NCBI GenBank assembly: GCA_037310415.1
Contig: CP147780.1
Coordinates: 1,056,001-1,120,000, forward strand
Direction: 5' to 3'
Length of the DNA stretch: 64,000 bases
DNA from: Candidatus Atabeyarchaeum deiterrae
GTDB taxonomy: Archaea > Asgardarchaeota > Atabeyarchaeia > Atabeyarchaeales > Atabeyarchaeaceae
The notes beneath the pieces were generated by a model that worked only from the letters and a program-made list of their open reading frames with translations, was not told the origin of the DNA and made no database searches. This document shows, in pieces, positions 39,151 through 47,677 of the stretch. Positions within the stretch are counted from its first letter, which is position 1. Each line of letters opens with the position of its first letter. The translations under genes were made by a program, and so were the position numbers.

Positions 39151-39894
39151 TTGAACACGGATGAGACAGGTGGGGACGTAACTATCCAAGGGGATTTAGA
39201 AAGGCGCAAGCCAGTGGACTCTGAATTAGTCGTAATTAAGACCCGGCTAGAGAATTTCGAGAAAGAAATAGAAGAGTTAGTGAGGAAGAAGAAGCAAAGC
39301 AAAGAGTATCAGGATGAGGCATCGTCATGTATCGGCAAAGTCAAGGAGGAACTAGATGATACCCCGAGATATCGCAGAAGAAAACTACTAGGAAGATATG
39401 GGAAGGATCTTGGATTCCTTTCTCAACAGATTGATGAGAGAAGCCATCAAATCTGGACGCTCGGCGCGCTTTTTGTACCAATATCTTTCCTGATCTTCGC
39501 ACAAACAGTCACGCTAATGGGAGGTCTCGATGTTACCACGCTTGTCTGGAGATTTCTACTGGAGATCGCGTCCTTCATTTGCTACGGCGCTTGGTTTCAT
39601 GTATATCGTAGAGCTCACAGATTTAATGTACTCAGCTACCCACGAATTCATACCTTGGAGAAAACGTTAGGTTGTTCAGGACACTTGTATTTGGGTGACC
39701 TTCGTAATAGATATGGGATTAGCACTAGTCCCCCCAGAATGTTCAAATGGACATTCGGACTGCTTGCCCTCCTTTGGACGATATACATTCTTTCGCCCAT
39801 GATAGTCCTGCTCAACTTTATTGCTTTGATCGGAACTGGGGTGTTTCAAGCATTCATCGTGATCATGTTGATTGGCTCTCTCGACGATCCTTAG
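39151..39894 (+). CDS. Coiled-coil plus multi-TM membrane protein
   Basis: Charged coiled-coil N-terminus followed by 3-4 hydrophobic segments. Confidence 0.65.
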   Translation: MNTDETGGDVTIQGDLERRKPVDSELVVIKTRLENFEKEIEELVRKKKQSKEYQDEASSCIGKVKEELDDTPRYRRRKLLGRYGKDLGFLSQQIDERSHQIWTLGALFVPISFLIFAQTVTLMGGLDVTTLVWRFLLEIASFICYGAWFHVYRRAHRFNVLSYPRIHTLEKTLGCSGHLYLGDLRNRYGISTSPPRMFKWTFGLLALLWTIYILSPMIVLLNFIALIGTGVFQAFIVIMLIGSLDDP

Positions 39895-40317
39895 ACGAAG
39901 ATACACTGCCCTTCTACTTCTCATTGATGGCCATGTTTATAGGTCAGCCTATCCTAGATTTCATTTTAGTCGTGAAAAAAATGAAATTGGGCGTAAATCG
40001 GTTCTTCGAAACACTAAAACACAAAACCAAAACTATCATAACAATAGTCAGCGAAGGGTTTTTCGCGTCAGTTGGTTGGCATTTGTTTAATATTCTGATA
40101 TCAAACATACTTTAGACGAAAATAGAATGGAAGATGTTCAGAGCAGTAATCTATTCATAATTGTTGCAAAGACAATAATTGTAGGCTTCAATAGTTCGTG
40201 TCCTAGTAAATTCTAGCATGTTATCGAATTGTGTTATTATAAGAGTCTGTAATTCAAGAAAATGAAGAAGCAAATTAAATGAATTCCTCCTCTTTTTTGT
40301 TAGCGTCGGGTGCCGCG

Positions 40318-40359
40318 GTTGAGCGTCTCAAGCGCGAACTTAAAGGTGACGAATCATGA
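40318..40359 (+). repeat. Remnant of the HTH terminal helix ending in a stop codon
   Basis: GTTGAGCGTCTCAAGCGC is 17/18 identical to 26772-26789; reads VERLKRELKGDES*. Confidence 0.75.
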
Positions 40360-40494
40360 ATAACCGCCCCAGATGTTAGGTGGCACCCCTAACATATCCC
40401 CTGAGGTTGTCGGGTATAGGTCAGAGCACTGATCAGAGCGCCGAAAGGACCTCGGAGGAGGTGCTCAAGGAAGCTCATGTTTCACTATCTTTGT

Positions 40495-41619
40495 TCAAGT
40501 CAGTATCTTTTGTGGGGGAGGAGAAGAAAGTATTTTCAACGTGTCGAAGGCGATAGGTTCGTCGATTCTCCAAGGGATAGTCAAGCATTTCTTCGCTGGA
40601 AGACGAACTCTCTCCGGGATTGACCGTGCTTCCGGGTTTAGTATGATCAGCAGAAACTTCGGGTTGAGTTTGGCCGCATCGAGGAACGCATTGTTGATGG
40701 CTTGGTCTCTGAATGAGTAGCCTATCGACAAGTGCGCGTCTCCTTCCATGAGTTCGCGTCTAAGTGCGGAGAAATATGTTGCATAGGGATCCTGTGATAC
40801 ATATTTCTCGTCCATGGGGTAGACCATCAGTTTGCCAGCTACCTTCTCGCCGTGGAAGGAGACGGAAGAAGGTTCCTCTCTGCGCTGGACTATCTTGCCA
40901 TCCTCAAAGATGAAGCGATCGATTGAGCCATGCAGCTTTATTAGTTGTATTCGCACGCCGCCTATGATCCCGTGAGGAGTAAATATGGGCTGTCTTTGAG
41001 CTTCGTTGAGGGAGAATCCATCTGTCAAGTGCTTACCTTTGCTTTCGAAGTACCTCTCTATTGCGAGATCGTAGTTTGTTGTTGCTATGGCGAAGTTTTT
41101 GAGTTCATATTTCTCTCCGTTGGCGTATACGTCTATAGATTGACCGAAGGGCATTATGGCAAAGAGCTTGTCGTATGTCTCCCCTGCCTTGTCGGCGTTG
41201 ACTTTATTGCATTCTTCTGATATCACTTTCTTCGCCCACTCGATGGCATCTTCGATCTCGGGATCTGCTTGGGGTAAGAGTTTGCTGATTGGCGTTTCCT
41301 TGACTGGTGTGCCGCTTGGCATGGCTGGTGTTTCGGCGAGAGAGGCAGCAACATAGCTGGCAAATGGCCCCGCTTCTTTCAGCGCACGCTGCGGTCTCAG
41401 TAGACCATTCAAAACAGAGAAGACCGTTTCAATGTCAACCTCTCTCTGTTCGTAGCCAGATCTCACTAGTTGTCTCTCAACGGAATCTATTAGCTCGAGC
41501 GCATGATCAAGTCCTTCCTTCTCCAGTCTTGCCTTCACCGCTTTATAGAGTCCTAGCATGGTTTCCACACCGAAGACCTTTGAGATTCCAGCTCCGACAA
41601 ACAACATTGCCAACACCAC
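40495..41619 (-). CDS. SIR2-like (SIR2_2) protein, candidate defence NADase
   Basis: FVGAGIS, TTNYD, KLHGS and IGYSFRD. Confidence 0.88.
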   Translation of the reverse strand: MVLAMLFVGAGISKVFGVETMLGLYKAVKARLEKEGLDHALELIDSVERQLVRSGYEQREVDIETVFSVLNGLLRPQRALKEAGPFASYVAASLAETPAMPSGTPVKETPISKLLPQADPEIEDAIEWAKKVISEECNKVNADKAGETYDKLFAIMPFGQSIDVYANGEKYELKNFAIATTNYDLAIERYFESKGKHLTDGFSLNEAQRQPIFTPHGIIGGVRIQLIKLHGSIDRFIFEDGKIVQRREEPSSVSFHGEKVAGKLMVYPMDEKYVSQDPYATYFSALRRELMEGDAHLSIGYSFRDQAINNAFLDAAKLNPKFLLIILNPEARSIPERVRLPAKKCLTIPWRIDEPIAFDTLKILSSPPPQKILT

Positions 41620-41699
41620 AAAAGCTCTGTCTCATACGTCAAGAAGTAAGCGCGCGCGCTAATCCCGACTGGATGCGTGTTCTATGCTGGTATATACTA

Positions 41700-43565
41700 C
41701 TATTCTTCACTCTTTGTGATTTTATCGAATTCTTGAAGGCTCCAAACCTCTTCACATATCTTCTGATAGAGTTCTGTTCTTTCCAGTAAATCTCTCTTAC
41801 TGAAATGGTCGTGCGGCTTTAAAGGCAACCCCGATTGTTCCTTGTACTTTAGGAAGTTAGGATTCATGTTGTAGCAGTTCGGATTCAATGTTCTTGCAAG
41901 CAGATTCTGGGAGTCGTAATGTGGAAGCTTCTGCTCGTAAGGGAGATTGCCGTAGCTTTGATTAAACCCTTCTGGAACTAGGAGCAAGCCGCCTATCCTA
42001 TTTCTGAGTTCCTTAAACTCTTCCTCTGTTTTTGCCTCATTTTTGTGCTCCTCATAACTATCGGACCAAATGTGCTCGATTTGGTAGGGTTTAGCCAGTT
42101 CGCGACTGGTATATTCTCTAAACCTATTTGGCATCTTTGACTTCTGTTCCAAGTAGCTTGTTATTCTTGCGAGTAGCCAATGAATGAAACGCCTACGATT
42201 CTGGGTCAACTCCAGATCCTTCAATCGATCAAACTTCTCACCAGAACTGGTTATCCTGTCCTTGAATATCTGGGAAAGTTGCCCGACATCCTTGTCGCGT
42301 ATCTCTTTGAGCAGGTTAAACATGGAATAGCTAATGGAATTGTAGGCTAAGGTCTTGTTGTTGACTGATCTGAGCACTATGTACGTCTCTAGGAATCTTG
42401 AAACTAGCTGCAGTTTCCTCTTCATTGTGTTCTCATCGTCAGTCTTCTTGATTGTTGCAATAAGTAGCGGGTAGCTAAGAGTAAAGCCTCTTTTGCCTAT
42501 GTAATACATCGTCTCTGAATCTGGAGCGAGCTCCCTTTCGGCGGCATGTATTCGACGGTACAGCTTCGCATAGAATGGCACATCGTCTTTGATAAGCTCA
42601 ACGAAATCTTTCTCAGTCTTTAGACCTATACTGTCTCTGTTATCTCTTAGCCAACTGTGTAGTCCTGCGCCAATCTTTTCAAAGTCATCGTAAGGATTGC
42701 CAGTAGTTCCCTGTTTCTCTGCGTACTTTGCTCTAAGCCAAGTCTTGAAGAACTCTATGTCTTCGGCGTAACCAATTTCGCTGAGTTCCAGGACCGTCTT
42801 TTTCCATGTTTCATTAAGTGCTTTTTGCTGTTCACCATCATTTATGCTAGATAGAAGATAGCCTTTCAACATTTCAACGGATGTGAGATCGAGACCTCTG
42901 TTATTCATCGTTTCAAATATCTGGTAAGCGTCCTCATCGGAGTATGTGACAATCTCGACTAGCACTACATTCTCCATTAGCCAGTCTATGAAGTATGGCA
43001 GCGCCTTTGCTTTCAATTCTGGAGGAAACAGTTCATCTATGTCGCCATATCTCTCTATGATGTTCTTTACGGATTCACCCTTGCCTTCCACATCGTACGT
43101 CGCTTGGCTATTGTTATAGAGTGCGTCTATGCAGTCCTTCCTGTCATCGATTTGTAAATTGTATGATTTTTCTCCATACATCTCCGAGAATATCATGTCG
43201 TTGACCCAGACCTGATCTGACCTGTTTTTCTGCAGGTTGTTCAGGTATATCAAAAGCAGGGTCAAGGAAGTCAGGCGTTGCTGCCCATCAATGATGAATT
43301 TCAAGTCACCTTTCTGGCTCAGAATGATGGGTCCGAGAAAGTAATGTCTGTACTTCTGGACATCCTTCCTTTGGTGGTTTTCTCGGTAGCTGATTGTGAA
43401 TCTCCCGGTTAAGTCCGACAGTAGTTGCTCGATGTGGGGCCTTTCCCATTTGTATTCTCTTTGGAAGACATCAACCGTGTATTTCGCTTTGTCTAGAAGT
43501 TGCCGGACTGTCCTCTCGTTAGCATCTATCTTATTGATTTTCGCATCCACCTTTGACGCCCCCAT
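41700..43565 (-). CDS. DUF262-DUF1524 (GmrSD-like) modification-dependent restriction endonuclease
   Basis: FQREYKW, IIDGQQRLT, FETMNNRG and C-terminal IEHI..N HNH-like motif. Confidence 0.9.
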   Translation of the reverse strand: MGASKVDAKINKIDANERTVRQLLDKAKYTVDVFQREYKWERPHIEQLLSDLTGRFTISYRENHQRKDVQKYRHYFLGPIILSQKGDLKFIIDGQQRLTSLTLLLIYLNNLQKNRSDQVWVNDMIFSEMYGEKSYNLQIDDRKDCIDALYNNSQATYDVEGKGESVKNIIERYGDIDELFPPELKAKALPYFIDWLMENVVLVEIVTYSDEDAYQIFETMNNRGLDLTSVEMLKGYLLSSINDGEQQKALNETWKKTVLELSEIGYAEDIEFFKTWLRAKYAEKQGTTGNPYDDFEKIGAGLHSWLRDNRDSIGLKTEKDFVELIKDDVPFYAKLYRRIHAAERELAPDSETMYYIGKRGFTLSYPLLIATIKKTDDENTMKRKLQLVSRFLETYIVLRSVNNKTLAYNSISYSMFNLLKEIRDKDVGQLSQIFKDRITSSGEKFDRLKDLELTQNRRRFIHWLLARITSYLEQKSKMPNRFREYTSRELAKPYQIEHIWSDSYEEHKNEAKTEEEFKELRNRIGGLLLVPEGFNQSYGNLPYEQKLPHYDSQNLLARTLNPNCYNMNPNFLKYKEQSGLPLKPHDHFSKRDLLERTELYQKICEEVWSLQEFDKITKSEE

Positions 43566-44035
43566 TTCCTCACGAAGAACGAAGTACAGGATCAGTAATG
43601 GGAGATTATAATGGTTGCGTCTTTACTGAGACTTTCGCAATTGGGTGCAGCGAGCGTCAGATGGTCCAAACTCGATAGATATTCTTGCTTGGGGCGCATG
43701 ACCCATGGATGATTTCGCTTTTCTTGTTTTTGTTTGTTTTCAGGTGGGATTGATCGTTGGACGTCGATGATATTCTGGATCATTCATGAAGTGTAAAGGT
43801 GGCGGCTTCCCGTTGGGGTTTCTTGATTGTGGTTTGTGTTCGTGATCTGATTTGGTTCGACGCTTTGACTGGTTTTTTCTTGGAGCAAGATATATAAGTT
43901 GCGTTCTCACAGGCGCGGTATGCGATTCCCGCTCAGAACTGGATTGATAGGAACCTGTCAGGGCACTTTGAACACAAAGGGGAATTTTCTTCATTCCTTC
44001 AAGAAGAGGATTATTGGCAATTAGCGGAAATATGA

Positions 44036-45085
44036 GTGATTAATATGAGTAGAAAATTCGTCGATCGAGCGGTGTTACTTCAGAGTAGTGAAGAACTGTG
44101 TGAAGTAGCATCGATCCCGTCTATCTTTGGCAATAATCTGCGTAACATCAAGACACGTCTTTGTAGCCAAGATTACACTGAACGAATGAGCGGCACATCC
44201 TCGTTTCTAGGTAGCTTCATGAATAGATACGATAAAGCCCATTTGAGGGTTCTTTTCGAACTTGCTAAAGGTTCGAACGAATACTTTGAAGCAAATGAAT
44301 CCTTTTATCGTGATCACTTTGTTCATGCGATAGATGTTTTCCTTCTAGGGAACTATTTCATTCTGAAAGACAAGAAGTTGAGAGATGAAAGTAGAAAAAT
44401 GGTTGAGGCCACAGCATGGGCATACAACCTCCCGTATACGTGGATGCTACTTTGGGGTTTGACTGCTCTATTCCATGATTTAGCGTATTTATTTCAAAAG
44501 ATACGGTCGATACTTCCCATTCGTGCGGAAATTGATACTGCAACAGATCCTGAGTTAGCATTTTGGGATGAATTCCTGAAATCTCTAAGTGTAAGAGAGA
44601 GAGAATTTGTTGGATCTAAAATGGCGGAACTAGACCATGGCGTTCTAAGTGGAATGTGGCTCCTTAAGGAAGTGCGCAGACATTACTATGATTCCGATGA
44701 CGAGAGAAAAATGCTCTTTAGTAAACGGTTCTTTCCAGTTGGGAGGGCGATATGCCTGCATAACGTTGACAATCAACATCCGAACGTATCATTTGATATC
44801 TCTGACAATTTTCTCGGGTTTCTATTAGTGCTTTGTGATGAACTCCATGAGCAAGACAGAATACAAGGCAAGTTTTATTCTTGCGACATGATAGTGGATG
44901 AAACGCTACTCGAAAGTAATGAGATTGATGTGGAGCTGGTCTATCACGATGATCTTGAGGCGAATGATTTCAGGAATATGTGTGTCCGGAAATTTGATAA
45001 GCTTCAAAGATTAAGAGGGCATAAGGCCAGTATTAAGTTGACCGCGGAAAAACTGTGCAAATCTGAAACAATTACCTTGCTTTAG
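44036..45085 (+). CDS. HD-domain (HD-CE-like) phosphohydrolase
   Basis: RDHFVH, LFHDLAY, DHG, CLHN and LCDEL..DR. Confidence 0.75.
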   Translation: MINMSRKFVDRAVLLQSSEELCEVASIPSIFGNNLRNIKTRLCSQDYTERMSGTSSFLGSFMNRYDKAHLRVLFELAKGSNEYFEANESFYRDHFVHAIDVFLLGNYFILKDKKLRDESRKMVEATAWAYNLPYTWMLLWGLTALFHDLAYLFQKIRSILPIRAEIDTATDPELAFWDEFLKSLSVREREFVGSKMAELDHGVLSGMWLLKEVRRHYYDSDDERKMLFSKRFFPVGRAICLHNVDNQHPNVSFDISDNFLGFLLVLCDELHEQDRIQGKFYSCDMIVDETLLESNEIDVELVYHDDLEANDFRNMCVRKFDKLQRLRGHKASIKLTAEKLCKSETITLL

Positions 45086-45418
45086 AATGAAAAGTCAAGA
45101 TCGTACTATTTGTGTCTATGTCAAGGGTCTCTGTTTGGTTCAAAGAGTGGATTTGACAGTATTGAGGAATGCTTTCAAGACCAAACGAAAAATGTTCATG
45201 CGATTGAGACAGGTCTGAGCTCCGATCCCATGATGAACCGGCGCCTCTGAGCACTGGACAAGTCTATTTTAGTCAGTAACATCGATTGCGGACACTTGAG
45301 GGTTGTGCTGGGGGCAAGTGGTCGGTGACGGTCCGGGCAAGGGAGGATTTAGCAAATAGAGCAATACGTTGTGGTAATACTGTTCTCGTGAATGCGTTAA
45401 AGGAGAGATAAAGATTCC

Positions 45419-46117
45419 ATGACGACAGAAATTCTGCAAGAAGGGATTGTCTCCTTAACAAAAAGCAGAGATGTTTTTAGATCTTATGTCAAAAAGTCTC
45501 ATGAAAGGTTGACTGATTTCCCAAATTCAAGTTATTATTTCCATAAGAAGGTCATAGACATGATTAGGACGAGTGACTACGATGAATTACTTAGCAATGA
45601 TTTGTTCTTCGAATTTGTGTACGCCACATTGTCCTCGTGGGGATTGGACAGAATGGATGGAGGAGCGAGGTTAGAAGAGTTCATCGTCTTCAGAAAATGT
45701 GTCTTAGATAGCTCTGACTTTTTGAGGAACTTGTGCAAAGCAAGATTGAACAAACTCGATGACAAAGAACGAGAGGAAACGAAAAGTAAGTTGGCAGTTC
45801 TCTTTGACAAACTGGGGGGAGTGATGAAGACCGAAAGTAAGTTAGTCGGGGTTTCTAAGACTATGCACCACCTGTTGCCAGATCTAGTTCCACCAATTGA
45901 TAGAAAGCATACCGAGACCTTCTTCTACGGAAGACCAGTCAATAGGGCTCAGGAAAAGAAAGCATTCTTAGAGCTGTTTGATTGCTTTCACTTAATATGC
46001 AAGAAGTTGAACTTGAGTGAACGTGATTTGGAGGAAAAATGGGACACGTCGATTCCGAAGTTAATTGATAATGCCATAATCGGCTATGTTAAAGAGAAGT
46101 TACAGGATAAAGGCTAA
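45419..46117 (+). CDS. Hypothetical protein, possibly HhH DNA-glycosylase-like
   Basis: LSSWG..VGVSKTMHHLLPDLVPPID..KLID pattern. Confidence 0.5.
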   Translation: MTTEILQEGIVSLTKSRDVFRSYVKKSHERLTDFPNSSYYFHKKVIDMIRTSDYDELLSNDLFFEFVYATLSSWGLDRMDGGARLEEFIVFRKCVLDSSDFLRNLCKARLNKLDDKEREETKSKLAVLFDKLGGVMKTESKLVGVSKTMHHLLPDLVPPIDRKHTETFFYGRPVNRAQEKKAFLELFDCFHLICKKLNLSERDLEEKWDTSIPKLIDNAIIGYVKEKLQDKG

Positions 46118-46385
46118 AGACAAGGCGTGAGAGAAACCTTCTCTTTTCTGCCCAGGTGGCGGTGAACTGGACAGTCAATATCCATTCAGTTGAAGACCTC
46201 GTATTTTCTTCTCGGTCATGATCCATGGGGTCTCTTCTCACAATGATCGGTGATAGGACCGATTTTGATTCAAGTTTGGCTGACTATTACCTGGCATTTA
46301 GTTAGCATCAAGTAGCTGCTTGTAAGCTAGTAACTTTCATATGGTTTAATGATGGATACTGTTGTGCATGAGGAGGCTGTAGAGC

Positions 46386-47339
46386 GTGGCAGTTAAAGTA
46401 TTGGGGAGTGATCTTTGGTCGACAATAACGAGTCTCTCTCGTCACTCCACGCGCAGATATGTTGCTGTCGCATACCTCGGGCAAGGAGCAAACAGACTTC
46501 TTCCACTAGGTAAAGGCGACTGCCTAGTTGTAAACATGAGTGAAAGCACGGTAAGGGGCGGCCAGACGAATCCTAGCGAGATCGAGAAATATCTGGCGAA
46601 GGGAGTGAACGTATTCACCTGTCTGAATCTTCATGCTAAAGCGTTTGTCTTCGACAGAATGGCAATAGTCTCTTCTGCCAACGTATCACAGCATTCCAAG
46701 CACGAATTGATAGAGATGGGCTTACTATGTAGAGACAGAGATGTAGTTAGCAGGGTTCGCGGGTGGATAAAATCCTTGCAAAGAGATCCCGTTTCTCCGG
46801 AGTACGTTAAGAGATGCAAGAGGCTATACAGACCGCCGAGAATGCATAACACTTCCAGCAAAGGAAGAGGAACTGCACTCCCGAGCTATTCAACAGTCTG
46901 GCTTCTAGGTAGTCTGCGACTCTATGAATTGACCGAGGAAGAAAAGTGCATCTGCAAACGTGACGTAGGGAACGCATCAAGGAGAATCCAGAATTCAGGA
47001 AGGTATCATGTAGAGGTGGTTCGACAACCTATGGAATCACATTTCTCGCAGCGCGTCGCCCCAGGGGATCAAGTGATCCAAGTAGTCTCGGACAAGAACA
47101 GAATCAGAGTTTACCCGCCATCTCGAGTACTAGCGATCACTAGACTGAAGGCCCCCAATGAACAAAAACTGAGGAACGTATTCGTTCACCTTGAGGAGCC
47201 GAACCATTTTCGTCCAATCGGTTGGAACTACTTCAAGAAAAAACTGGCGAAAGTTGGATTGAGGCGAATCACTGAGAACTCTCGATTAGAGGTCGAGACT
47301 TTGGAAGCGAAAAGCGTTGTGTTGGGACTCTGGAGCTAA
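46386..47339 (+). CDS. Phospholipase D-family (HKD) nuclease domain protein
   Basis: VAY, LHAKAFVFD..SSANVS..E. Confidence 0.82.
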   Translation: MAVKVLGSDLWSTITSLSRHSTRRYVAVAYLGQGANRLLPLGKGDCLVVNMSESTVRGGQTNPSEIEKYLAKGVNVFTCLNLHAKAFVFDRMAIVSSANVSQHSKHELIEMGLLCRDRDVVSRVRGWIKSLQRDPVSPEYVKRCKRLYRPPRMHNTSSKGRGTALPSYSTVWLLGSLRLYELTEEEKCICKRDVGNASRRIQNSGRYHVEVVRQPMESHFSQRVAPGDQVIQVVSDKNRIRVYPPSRVLAITRLKAPNEQKLRNVFVHLEEPNHFRPIGWNYFKKKLAKVGLRRITENSRLEVETLEAKSVVLGLWS

Positions 47340-47589
47340 ATGGGACCATTTGTGCACCTGTGCGTTCTCAATAGAATGTATATTCGAGATGCAAGCGGGG
47401 AACCGCAGATGAGTCCATTGACATTCGAGTCACCGTCAAACGAGGCGGCGCAGGCAGAGTAGAGGTTTTGCGCGTCAATCTTGCTGGGCGCGAGGCGTTT
47501 CAGGATAGCTCTAAAAGTCTGGGTCGCTCATTCGATGGGTCGCTGCAATAACCAATTGCCAGCTAGATGCTTTCGCACGGAGCGGGTTT

Positions 47590-47604
47590 GAAAACCTTTA
47601 ATAC
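47590..47604 (+). promoter_or_regulatory. BRE-TATA promoter candidate for the type IIG operon
   Basis: GAAAACCTTTAATA about 75 nt upstream of 47678. Confidence 0.45.
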
Positions 47605-47677
47605 TAGAGTAAGTTGATTTCAGTACTGTGTAAGTTCAGGCGGTGAGGGGAAGTTGTATTAATGTCAATGGAGGAGA

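Noticed and set aside
39895-40290. ORFs 39747..40115 and 39872..40090
   Set aside because: They overlap each other in AT-rich DNA with no motif; they may be remains of a decayed membrane-protein gene but cannot be supported.
26772-40341. GTTGAGC/GTTAAGC motifs as integron attC R' boxes
   Set aside because: They fit GTTRRRY, but I found no matching upstream RYYYAAC arms, there is no IntI gene, and the variation follows codon structure.
40373-40395. Hairpin ATGTTAGG-n7-CCTAACAT
   Set aside because: It is a single 8-bp stem with no second copy found; it may be a terminator between convergent units but is unsupported.
43664-43702. Possible fourth, decayed acdA tail (..MRPKQEYLSSLD)
   Set aside because: Only about half the bases match the 23.6 kb tail; not distinguishable from chance by eye.
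47462-47480. GAGGTTTTGCGCGTCAA as another HTH tail
   Set aside because: The match is short and the surrounding translation does not resemble the HTH.
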